The notes under the pieces: generated by a model | What the model saw: only the letters and a program-made list of their open reading frames with translations | Database searches by the model: none | What the model was told of the DNA's origin: nothing | NCBI GenBank assembly: GCA_965213705.1 | Contig: OZ243913.1 | Span: forward strand, 2,816,001-2,880,000 | Source: Trueperaceae bacterium | GTDB lineage: Bacteria > Deinococcota > Deinococci > Deinococcales > Trueperaceae | DNA: 64,000 nucleotides | Reading direction: 5' to 3' | Shown here: positions 24,414 to 32,320 of the stretch, piece after piece | How the letters are laid out: each line of letters starts with the position of its first letter | How positions within the stretch are numbered: position 1 is the first letter of the stretch | Program-made: the position numbers and the translations under genes

Positions 24414-25478
24414 ATGAACCACACAGACAACGCCATCATCCGCGTCATCGGCTTGGGCGGCGGCGGCAACAACGCCGTCAACCGCATGATCGAGTCCAGC
24501 TTGCAGGGCGTCGAGTTTATCGCCGCCAACACCGACGCGCAGGTCCTGGCGACCAACCTCTCCGACACGCGCATCCAGCTCGGCGACCACATCACCAAGG
24601 GCTTGGGCGCGGGCGCGAATCCCGAAATCGGCGAAAAAGCAGCCCTCGAAGACCGTGACCGAATCGGCGAAACGTTGCGCGGCTCCGACCTCGTCTTTAT
24701 CACCGCCGGCATGGGCGGCGGCACCGGGACGGGCAGCGCGCCGGTCGTCGCCGAAGTGGCGCGCGAACTCGGCGCGCTCACGGTTGCAGTCGTCACCACG
24801 CCCTTCAAGTTCGAAGGCCCGCGCCGGATGCGCCAGGCCGAAGAGGGTTTGCGCAAGTTGGAAGACAAGGTCGACGCTTTAATCGTTGTCGAAAACGAAC
24901 GCTTGCTCTCGGCTTTGGAGAAAAAGTCCAAACTCACCGAAGCCTTCCGAATTGCCGACCGGGTGCTCTACCACGGCGTGCGCGGCATCAGCGACGTCAT
25001 CAACATGCCGGGCCTCATCAACGTGGACTTCGCCGACGTGCGGAGTCTCTTGTCAGGCGCGGGCACGGTACTGATGGGCATCGGCGCGGGTCGCGGCGAA
25101 AAGCTCGTCGAAGAGGCCGCCAACACCGCCACCCACAGCCCGCTGCTGGCGCGGGGCGTCGAGGGCGCGCGGCAACTCCTCATCAACATCACCGGCTCGG
25201 AAGAACTCACCCTGTTCGACGCCAACGAAATCGTCGAGCGCATTTGCGAAGCGACTGAAGTCGACGACGTCGAAGTGCTGTTCGGCGTCACCAACGACGA
25301 GGCCGCCGCCGACGAGGTGCGCGTGACCGTCATCGCCGCGGGCTTCGACCACCACCCACAGATGAAGGTGCTGCGCCCCAACCAACTCAAGGCCGTCGCG
25401 GGCGGCCGCACCTACGACCCGAGCAACTACGACATTCCCGCCTTCTTGCGCTACAACCCGGACGCGGACTCGAATTAG
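24414..25478 (+). CDS. ftsZ: Cell division GTPase FtsZ
   Basis: GGGGNNAVNRM, GMGGGTGTG, INVDFADV and C-terminal DIPAFLR. Confidence 0.99.
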   Translation: MNHTDNAIIRVIGLGGGGNNAVNRMIESSLQGVEFIAANTDAQVLATNLSDTRIQLGDHITKGLGAGANPEIGEKAALEDRDRIGETLRGSDLVFITAGMGGGTGTGSAPVVAEVARELGALTVAVVTTPFKFEGPRRMRQAEEGLRKLEDKVDALIVVENERLLSALEKKSKLTEAFRIADRVLYHGVRGISDVINMPGLINVDFADVRSLLSGAGTVLMGIGAGRGEKLVEEAANTATHSPLLARGVEGARQLLINITGSEELTLFDANEIVERICEATEVDDVEVLFGVTNDEAAADEVRVTVIAAGFDHHPQMKVLRPNQLKAVAGGRTYDPSNYDIPAFLRYNPDADSN

Positions 25479-25483
25479 ACCCC

Positions 25484-25591
25484 GACCCCCCTGGTTAGCG
25501 CTGCGCTCAACCGGTCCCCCCTAAAAGGGGGGTGGGCCTCGACTTATACCCCCTTTCAGGGGGCTGTCCAGCGCAGCGCCGACAGGGGGTC
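25484..25591. repeat. Branched intergenic palindrome (REP-like)
   Basis: Imperfect outer stem GACCCCCCTG..GCGCTGCGCT / AGCGCAGCGC..CAGGGGGTC enclosing the hairpins CCCCCC-TAAAA-GGGGGG and CCCCC-TTTCA-GGGGG. Confidence 0.65.
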
Positions 25592-25598
25592 CAACCTC

Positions 25599-26096
25599 AT
25601 GTCCAAACGAGACGTTATCTACGACGGCCACATCCTCACCCTCGTCAAGTTGGACGACCGGTGGGAAGTTGCCGAGCACGCCCCGGCGGTCGCGGTGCTG
25701 GCTCTGAGCGGTCGTGAAGTGCTGGGGGTCGAGCAGTACCGCCCCGCCATCGGTCGGCGCACTTGGGAAGTTCCGGCGGGCCTTGTCGACGAAGACGAGA
25801 CCCCCGAAGTGGCCGCGCGGCGCGAACTCGCCGAAGAAACGCAGTTGACGGGCGAGTTGGAATATCTTACCCAGGTCTACACCAGCCCCGGTTTCACGAA
25901 CGAGCGTATCCACCTGTTCCTCGCCCGCGACCTCTCCCCTGCCGAGGGTCGGCCAGACGACGGCGAAGACTTGTCCATCGTCTGGCGCGACGTGGACGAG
26001 GTTTGGGAAGGCGTAAAAAACGGCGCTATTGCCAGCAGCGGCCCGACGGTTTTGGCGCTCAGCATCGCCAAGCAACGTCTCGAGGACAAACCTTGA
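25599..26096 (+). CDS. NUDIX hydrolase (ADP-ribose pyrophosphatase-like)
   Basis: Nudix box PAGLVDEDETPEVAARRELAEET; QYRP and SPGFTNE motifs. Confidence 0.88.
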   Translation: MSKRDVIYDGHILTLVKLDDRWEVAEHAPAVAVLALSGREVLGVEQYRPAIGRRTWEVPAGLVDEDETPEVAARRELAEETQLTGELEYLTQVYTSPGFTNERIHLFLARDLSPAEGRPDDGEDLSIVWRDVDEVWEGVKNGAIASSGPTVLALSIAKQRLEDKP

Positions 26097-26986
26097 ACGT
26101 CGTCAGTTCACCGGACGCGCTCGAGCTGTCCCGTGTCGTCGTCTCCATCGGCAACTTCGACGGCGTGCATTTGGGCCACCAGATGCTGCTCGGTCACATG
26201 AGGGACGTGGCGCGGGCTTTGAGCGCTAAAAGCGTCGTCATCACTTTTTTCCCGCCCTCGCGCGTGCTGTTTCAGAACGGTAAATTTTTAAGTTCCGAAG
26301 AAGAAAAACTCGCGCTCCTCTCCTCTTTCGAACCCGACGCAATCGTGATGGTGCCGTTTACGCGCGAGTACACCCAAACACCGAAAGACGTTTTTTTGGG
26401 GCAGCTCGAGCGCCTGAACCCGCAACTCGTCATCGTCGGCGAGGACTTCCGCTTCGGCTACAAGCGTGAGGGCAGCCTCAACGACCTGAGCACCATCGCG
26501 GACAGGTTGGAGGTCTTCAACCTCAAACATTCGGGCGAAGCGCCCATCAGCTCGACGCGCATCCGCGAACTTTTACAACAGGGTGACGTGGAAAACGTCA
26601 AACCCCTCCTCGGCCGGAGCTACGCCGCGACGGGTACGGTCGTCCAGGGCGACCAGCGGGGCCGCACCATCGGCTACCCGACCGCCAACGTCGCCACTTC
26701 TCCGGACAAAGCCTTACCGCTGGGCGTCTTCGCCGTCATGGTGGACACCGAGGGGGGCCATTTTAACGGCATGGCGAACGTCGGCCCGCGTCCGAGCTAC
26801 CCGGACGGTGTGCCGTCGTTGGAAGTTCACTTGTTCGACTTCGGCGGCGCCCTGTACGGGCAGACCGTCACCGTCCACTTCGAACGGTTTTTGCGGGGTC
26901 AGGTCAAGTTTGCAGGCTTGGAGGAACTTAAAAAACAGCTCGCTGAAGATGAGGCGGGGGCTCGAGGGTTCCTAAGTAAGTTATGA
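26093..26986 (+). CDS. ribF: Bifunctional riboflavin kinase/FAD synthetase
   Basis: IGNFDGVHLGHQ, ISSTRIR, GRTIGYPTAN and EVHLFDF motifs. Confidence 0.96.
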   Translation: MNVVSSPDALELSRVVVSIGNFDGVHLGHQMLLGHMRDVARALSAKSVVITFFPPSRVLFQNGKFLSSEEEKLALLSSFEPDAIVMVPFTREYTQTPKDVFLGQLERLNPQLVIVGEDFRFGYKREGSLNDLSTIADRLEVFNLKHSGEAPISSTRIRELLQQGDVENVKPLLGRSYAATGTVVQGDQRGRTIGYPTANVATSPDKALPLGVFAVMVDTEGGHFNGMANVGPRPSYPDGVPSLEVHLFDFGGALYGQTVTVHFERFLRGQVKFAGLEELKKQLAEDEAGARGFLSKL

Positions 26987-27052
26987 TGGTCTCTTATTAA
27001 CGCTGAATACCGATGACTCAACGTAGCCAGTCAAAACTTAGAACGAGGAACT

Positions 27053-27676
27053 GTGATGTTCAGAAAGTTGTTGGGTAAATCAGAAAATGCTGATGTTGAT
27101 AAGCGTCTTATTCAAGAAATGACTGAAGGTTTAACTTTGATAGGTTTCCCAACGAACCAGTCAAAGGCCATGTCGCAGACTGTGTTGAAAAAATCAAAAG
27201 ATGAGTTGATTAAAGCTGGGCAACGTAATGATATGTATAGGACTGGTGATGGTGAGCATCTGCTTTTAAGTCAAGACGCCTACATACGTGAGCATTTAGA
27301 GGCGTGTAAGAAACATGGTGCTACGGATGAGGATATTCGCAACTGGCATAATCTTTGCCAGCTAGAACAGTCATTTTTACTCAACCAAGACGTTTTGATA
27401 GCAGCGTCATTGTACGAAACTGAGCAGGCCCGAGGCAAAACGAAAGCTGAAGCACGTGAGGCTGTAAAGCGGTCATTTGCCAAATACGCAACTTTAGCAG
27501 CTGAGATAGGAGAAGAGCCATCCGAAGACTCTCTACCTGTGGAGTTGAAACTAAGAATCAATAAATACCGTCTTTCTTTAATTCAAAATCACCCTGAAAA
27601 GTTCCGAAGAGAATTAGAGGAAGCAGAAAGTTTTAATAAGTGGGTGAGGAGTAAAATTTCTTTGGGTGAGTTGTGA
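27053..27676 (+). CDS. Hypothetical protein, low GC
   Basis: 207-aa ORF with a GAGGA RBS and AT-rich codon usage; its stop overlaps the higA-like start. Confidence 0.75.
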   Translation: MMFRKLLGKSENADVDKRLIQEMTEGLTLIGFPTNQSKAMSQTVLKKSKDELIKAGQRNDMYRTGDGEHLLLSQDAYIREHLEACKKHGATDEDIRNWHNLCQLEQSFLLNQDVLIAASLYETEQARGKTKAEAREAVKRSFAKYATLAAEIGEEPSEDSLPVELKLRINKYRLSLIQNHPEKFRRELEEAESFNKWVRSKISLGEL

Positions 27677-28023
27677 AAGCAAGGTTGCCAACGTACCGAG
27701 TACCCACCCATCCCGGCGAGATTTTACGCGAGGACTTTCTCAAGCCTTACGGCCTTACCCAGACCGAACTTGCAGAGCGCATACACATGTCCTACGTGCG
27801 GCTGAACGAAATCGTCAACGGCAGGCGCGGCGTCACACCCGATACGGCCTTGCGGTTTGGCAGGCTGTTCGGCACGACGCCCGACTTTTGGCTGAAGGCG
27901 CAGCTTGCCTGTGACCTCTACGCAGCGCAACAAAAGTGGGGCGCAGAGGTAGAAGAGATAAAGCCGCTCGAGGGTTTCCCAAAAGTTTTCAGCAAGGAGT
28001 CCAACTCAAACCCTCAGCTTTAG
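27673..28023 (+). CDS. higA: HigA/VapI-family XRE antitoxin
   Basis: PTHPGEILREDFLKPYGLTQTELAE...IVNGRRGVTPDTALRFGRLFGTTPDFWL signature. Confidence 0.88.
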   Translation: MKARLPTYRVPTHPGEILREDFLKPYGLTQTELAERIHMSYVRLNEIVNGRRGVTPDTALRFGRLFGTTPDFWLKAQLACDLYAAQQKWGAEVEEIKPLEGFPKVFSKESNSNPQL

Positions 28024-28033
28024 GAGACCCGTC

Positions 28034-28654
28034 ATGCCCACCCCGTCCTCTTTCGCCATTTTCTTCGTCGCCGCCCTTACCCTGGCGGTCATTCCCGGCC
28101 CCGGAATGCTGTACGTTCTCGCCCGGACACTCCGGGGCGGCAGGCGCGAGGGTATGTTGTCGACGCTCGGGACGGGAGTGGCAGGACTGCTGCACACCTT
28201 CGCCGCCGCGTTGGGCGTTTCGGCTATTTTAGCGACCTCAGCCGCGGCGTTCGCCGTCGTCAAGTGGTTGGGGGCGGCGTACCTCGTCTACCTCGGCGTG
28301 ACGACGCTCATGGCTAAAAACCATGTTGAGACCGACCTCGACCTTTCAAAAATCCCGCGCCGGGGCGCGCTAGGTCAGGGTGTCGTCACCGAGGTTCTCA
28401 ACCCCAAAACGGCCCTCTTCTTTCTCGCCTTTATCCCTCAGTTTGTAAACCCTGCAGGCAACGTGTTCTGGCAGTTCGTGCTGCTCGGAACTGTCACGAC
28501 GCTGTTGACCAGTGGGGCTGACCTGCTCGTTTCTTTGGCGGCGGGGCCGCTCAGCAACGCCTTGAAACGCAACCGCCGGTTGCAGCGCGTTCAGCGGGTG
28601 GGGTCGGGTGGTTTGCTGATTGGGCTCGGGGTTTATGTTGTGGTGGAGCGCTGA
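28034..28654 (+). CDS. LysE/RhtB-family amino acid exporter
   Basis: IPGPGMLYV and LNPKTALFFLAFIPQF motifs. Confidence 0.9.
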   Translation: MPTPSSFAIFFVAALTLAVIPGPGMLYVLARTLRGGRREGMLSTLGTGVAGLLHTFAAALGVSAILATSAAAFAVVKWLGAAYLVYLGVTTLMAKNHVETDLDLSKIPRRGALGQGVVTEVLNPKTALFFLAFIPQFVNPAGNVFWQFVLLGTVTTLLTSGADLLVSLAAGPLSNALKRNRRLQRVQRVGSGGLLIGLGVYVVVER

Positions 28655-28773
28655 GGGCGGGGCTGCTCGAGCTAAAACACCGTCGTCTCACTTTTTTACT
28701 TGACACGCCCCTTGTCTGCTACACTGATGTCAGAAAGTCAAACATTCTTACCCTTGTTTCGAGGGAGGTAACT

Positions 28774-29058
28774 ATGGCGCTCGTGACGGTCAAAACCAAG
28801 TATCAGGTCACCCTACCCCGCAAACTGCGCGAAGAGCTTGGTATCGACACCGGTGACCTGTTGGAAGCCGAAGTCCAAGACGGCAAAATCATCCTGACCC
28901 CAAAAGAGGTCGTTGACCGCAAAGCTGCTTTCGCTAGACTGCAGGAGATTGGTGAAGAAGCCCGCAAACGGTGGGAAGCGGACGGCCTTACGGACGACAA
29001 CATCGAAAAGATGATAGAAGAAGAAGTAGCTGCTGTACGCTACGGGACCGAGTCGTAA
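28774..29058 (+). CDS. AbrB/MazE/SpoVT-family antitoxin
   Basis: KYQVTLPRKLREELGIDTGDLLE motif; GGAGGT RBS; upstream of a PIN toxin. Confidence 0.85.
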   Translation: MALVTVKTKYQVTLPRKLREELGIDTGDLLEAEVQDGKIILTPKEVVDRKAAFARLQEIGEEARKRWEADGLTDDNIEKMIEEEVAAVRYGTES

Positions 29059-29065
29059 CGCCCAA

Positions 29066-29473
29066 GTGCGTGTTGTTCTCGACACGAACATTTATATAAG
29101 TTTCGCGTTGGACAGCGCAGCGTTGAGACCTCTGAGAAGCGCTTGGCTAGCCGGGCGTTTTAGGGTCTACGTCAGTACCTACCTGCTCGCCGAGGTCGGT
29201 AATGTGTTAACCCGCTCGAAATTCATACCTTACCTGACGCCCGGCAGCGCGGAAGAACTGACAGACCTCCTAGTCAGCCTGGGGCAACCCATGACGACCA
29301 GGTTGCCGCACTCGGACTTCAGCGACCCCAAAGACCGCTACCTGCTGGCGATGTTGCGCGACAGCGACGCCGAGTTACTGGTAACCGGAGATAAAATGCT
29401 GCTAGCTTTAGAGAGTTTCGACAACAAACCCATCTTGCCACCTGTGGAGTTTTTGGCTCGTTTGAAGGAATAA
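29066..29473 (+). CDS. PIN-domain (VapC-like) toxin
   Basis: MRVVLDTNIYIS, DPKDRYLL and LVTGDKMLL acidic PIN residues. Confidence 0.88.
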   Translation: MRVVLDTNIYISFALDSAALRPLRSAWLAGRFRVYVSTYLLAEVGNVLTRSKFIPYLTPGSAEELTDLLVSLGQPMTTRLPHSDFSDPKDRYLLAMLRDSDAELLVTGDKMLLALESFDNKPILPPVEFLARLKE

Positions 29474-29565
29474 CGAGGCAACCCTGCAGGGCTCGAGAGG
29501 CAACGAGCTAACCCGTTAAGCCCCACCTATCAGCATCCTTTTAGAAGAGCGGATATAGTGTCGTC

Positions 29566-30306
29566 ATGCTCATCTACGGAAAAAACGCAGTCATCGAAGC
29601 CCTACAAGAGGGCCAAGCCGTGCGAATTATGCTGGCGCAGGGCTTGCAAACCGGAACGGTCAAGGAGTTGGAGAAGCTGGCTCGAGCGCACGACGTTTCG
29701 GTCGAGCACGTCCCGCGCATCCAGCTCGACCAGAGCCTCAAGACGACGAACCACCAGGGCGTCGTCGCCGAACTCCCCGACCTGGAGTTCGCCGACCCCG
29801 AAGCGCCGTTTCAACTTGCCGAGAAGCGGGGCGAGCGGTTGCTCCTCGTCCTGCTCGACCAAATGAACGACCCGCGCAACTACGGCGCGATTATCCGCAG
29901 CGCCGAGGTGCTCGGCGCACACGGCGTGGTGACCGAGGAGCGCCGCAGCGCGCCGCTCTCAGCCGTCGCGGTCAAGGCGGCGGCCGGGGCGACGAGCTAC
30001 CTGCCGCTCGTCCAGGTAAAAAACTTGCCCCGCTACATCGACGGCTTGAAAAAGCGCAACGTGTGGGTTTACGGCGCGGCGGGCGAGGGGAAAAGCACGC
30101 CTACTCAAGTCGACTGGGACCGCGACGTGGCCCTCGTCATCGGCTCGGAGGGTACGGGGATGCGCCGACTGGTGGGTGAAAAGTGCGACGAGTGGGTGCG
30201 GATTCCCACGCGCGGCAACATCAATGCGCTCAACGCCTCGGTGGCGGCGGGCATCCTGATGTACAGCATCGTCTCGAGCCGGGAGCGGGCGCATGGCAAA
30301 GCTTAA
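29566..30306 (+). CDS. rlmB: 23S rRNA Gm2251 methyltransferase RlmB (TrmH family)
   Basis: IYGKNAVIEAL, HQGVVA, DPRNYGAIIRSA, GSEGTG and LNASVAAGI motifs; leaderless TATAGT-6nt-ATG. Confidence 0.92.
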   Translation: MLIYGKNAVIEALQEGQAVRIMLAQGLQTGTVKELEKLARAHDVSVEHVPRIQLDQSLKTTNHQGVVAELPDLEFADPEAPFQLAEKRGERLLLVLLDQMNDPRNYGAIIRSAEVLGAHGVVTEERRSAPLSAVAVKAAAGATSYLPLVQVKNLPRYIDGLKKRNVWVYGAAGEGKSTPTQVDWDRDVALVIGSEGTGMRRLVGEKCDEWVRIPTRGNINALNASVAAGILMYSIVSSRERAHGKA

Positions 30307-32230
30307 ACCCAAACACCTCTTCGAACTGGTCTTCGTCGCCGACCCGGCTTTGAGCCCGGACGGGACACGCGCCGCCGCCGTTCACACGAAAATCGTCCAG
30401 CCCGACGAGGACGAGCCACCGCGCTACCGGAGCAACATCTACCTGTACGATTTAGAAACCGGCCAAGAAACGCAGTTCACCCGCTCGGAGTTTTTGGACA
30501 CCCACCCGCGCTTCAGCCCCGACGGTGAACGCTTGGCGTTTTTGTCCAAGCGGGAGGAAGAGGGCAAGGCGCAGCTTTACGTCATGAACATCGCGGGCGG
30601 CGAGCCCGAACAGCTTACCCAGCTCGAGTCCGGCGTGAGCAGTTTTGCGTGGCACCCGAAGGGCTCGAGTCTCGCCTTCGTGTCTCGAGGTGACTGGGTT
30701 GACACGGTCGCCAAGAATAAGACCGCCCGCACGATTGACCGTTTGCACTACAAGATGAACGGCGTCGGCTTCCGCCCGACCGAGCCCGCGCAAGTTTACT
30801 TGTACAACCTCAAAAAAGGCGAGACCGACAAGCTGACCTCGCTGCGGAGCGACCCGAGCGGCCTCGCCTTCAGCCGCGACGGTAAAACGCTTTACTTCGC
30901 CGCCTCGGCGTCGGTAGAGGACGGTGACGAGTGGCGCAGCGACCTCTACGCGCTGACCCTGAAAAGCGGCAAGCTCAAAAAACTGTTGCCCGCCCCCGGC
31001 AACATTGCCGCGCCGAGCCCGAGCCCGGACGGGCGTCACGTCGCCTTTTTCGCGCCGACCGATTGGGACGTGTTCGCCAGCGCCAACGTAGCGTGGCTCG
31101 TGGACGCCAAAGGCGGCGAGCCCGAACGCTTGGGCGACATGGAAACGCCGCCCAGCGTCGGCGGGGACAGCCGTTACGGAAGCTATCCGAACACCGTAAA
31201 GTGGCTCGAGCCTACCCAACTCCTCCTCAATGTCAACCGCGCGGGCCGGAGTGGACTCGCCAGCCTCGACTTGAAAACCCGCGACCTCACGCCGCTGGTT
31301 GAGGGCGACCGGGCCGTAACGAGTTTTGACGCGGCGAACGGGACGATTTTGTTCACCGCCGAAACGCCGCAACAGCCCGGCGAGCTGTTCGTGTGGCGAG
31401 ACGGTGAAAAACGCAAATTGAGCGCGGCAAACAACGCCTTTATGAAGCGCTTCAAACTCGCCACAGCGGGCGAGCCCGTACTGCTCGAGACCTCCGTCGA
31501 TACAAGCTTGAGTTACTGGACGCTCTCCCCTACCAAACCTCGCAAGGACGGCGCAACAGTGCTGCAAGTCCACGGCGGGCCGCACACGAACTACGGCTAC
31601 GGGTTTTACTTAGAGTTTCAAATCCTCGCCGCGGCGGGCTACCGGGTCATCTACGGCAACCCTCGAGGCAGTTCAGGTTACGGCAGCGACTACGCCACGA
31701 CGCTGCTGACGCGCTACGGCACCGTCGACGCCGACGACGTGCTAGCTATGGCACGCCACGCGACGGCCGACCGCCCCGACGCCCCGGTTCACCTGACCGG
31801 CGGCAGCTACGGCGGCTTTATGACGAACTGGCTCGTCGCGCACACGGATATGTTTCGCTCAGCGGTGACGCAGCGAAGCATCTCGAACTGGCTGTCGTTT
31901 TACGGCACCGCCGACATCGGCTACCGCTTCACCGAAATCGAGCAGGGCGGCAACCCCTGGGAGGACACCACGGCACTGTGGGAACAGAGCCCCATCAAGT
32001 ACGTCGCCAACGTCACCACGCCGCTCCTCATCCTCCACGCCGAAGAGGACCACCGCTGCCCGGTCGAGCAGGCGGAACAGCTTTACGTCGCGCTGAAACG
32101 CATCGGCAAAGCGCCGACCCGGTTCATCCGGTTTCCGGGCGAGAGTCATGAACTGTCGCGTTCGGGGCGGCCGGACAGGAGAGTGGAGCGGCTCGAGGCG
32201 ATTTTGGCTTGGTTCAAGGAGCATGCCTAA
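30293..32230 (+). CDS. S9-family (acylaminoacyl/prolyl oligo-) peptidase
   Basis: PD40 beta-propeller repeats, VHGGPH, GGSYGG nucleophile, EEDHRCP and GESHELSRSG. Confidence 0.92.
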   Translation: MAKLKPKHLFELVFVADPALSPDGTRAAAVHTKIVQPDEDEPPRYRSNIYLYDLETGQETQFTRSEFLDTHPRFSPDGERLAFLSKREEEGKAQLYVMNIAGGEPEQLTQLESGVSSFAWHPKGSSLAFVSRGDWVDTVAKNKTARTIDRLHYKMNGVGFRPTEPAQVYLYNLKKGETDKLTSLRSDPSGLAFSRDGKTLYFAASASVEDGDEWRSDLYALTLKSGKLKKLLPAPGNIAAPSPSPDGRHVAFFAPTDWDVFASANVAWLVDAKGGEPERLGDMETPPSVGGDSRYGSYPNTVKWLEPTQLLLNVNRAGRSGLASLDLKTRDLTPLVEGDRAVTSFDAANGTILFTAETPQQPGELFVWRDGEKRKLSAANNAFMKRFKLATAGEPVLLETSVDTSLSYWTLSPTKPRKDGATVLQVHGGPHTNYGYGFYLEFQILAAAGYRVIYGNPRGSSGYGSDYATTLLTRYGTVDADDVLAMARHATADRPDAPVHLTGGSYGGFMTNWLVAHTDMFRSAVTQRSISNWLSFYGTADIGYRFTEIEQGGNPWEDTTALWEQSPIKYVANVTTPLLILHAEEDHRCPVEQAEQLYVALKRIGKAPTRFIRFPGESHELSRSGRPDRRVERLEAILAWFKEHA

Positions 32231-32320
32231 GAAAGTTTGTCCCAAAAACATCCTTTTAGACTAAGCTTTGGTGACTCATTTAGTAGCTATGTGGCACGTA
32301 TTTTGGTAGCTTTTTAGTTA

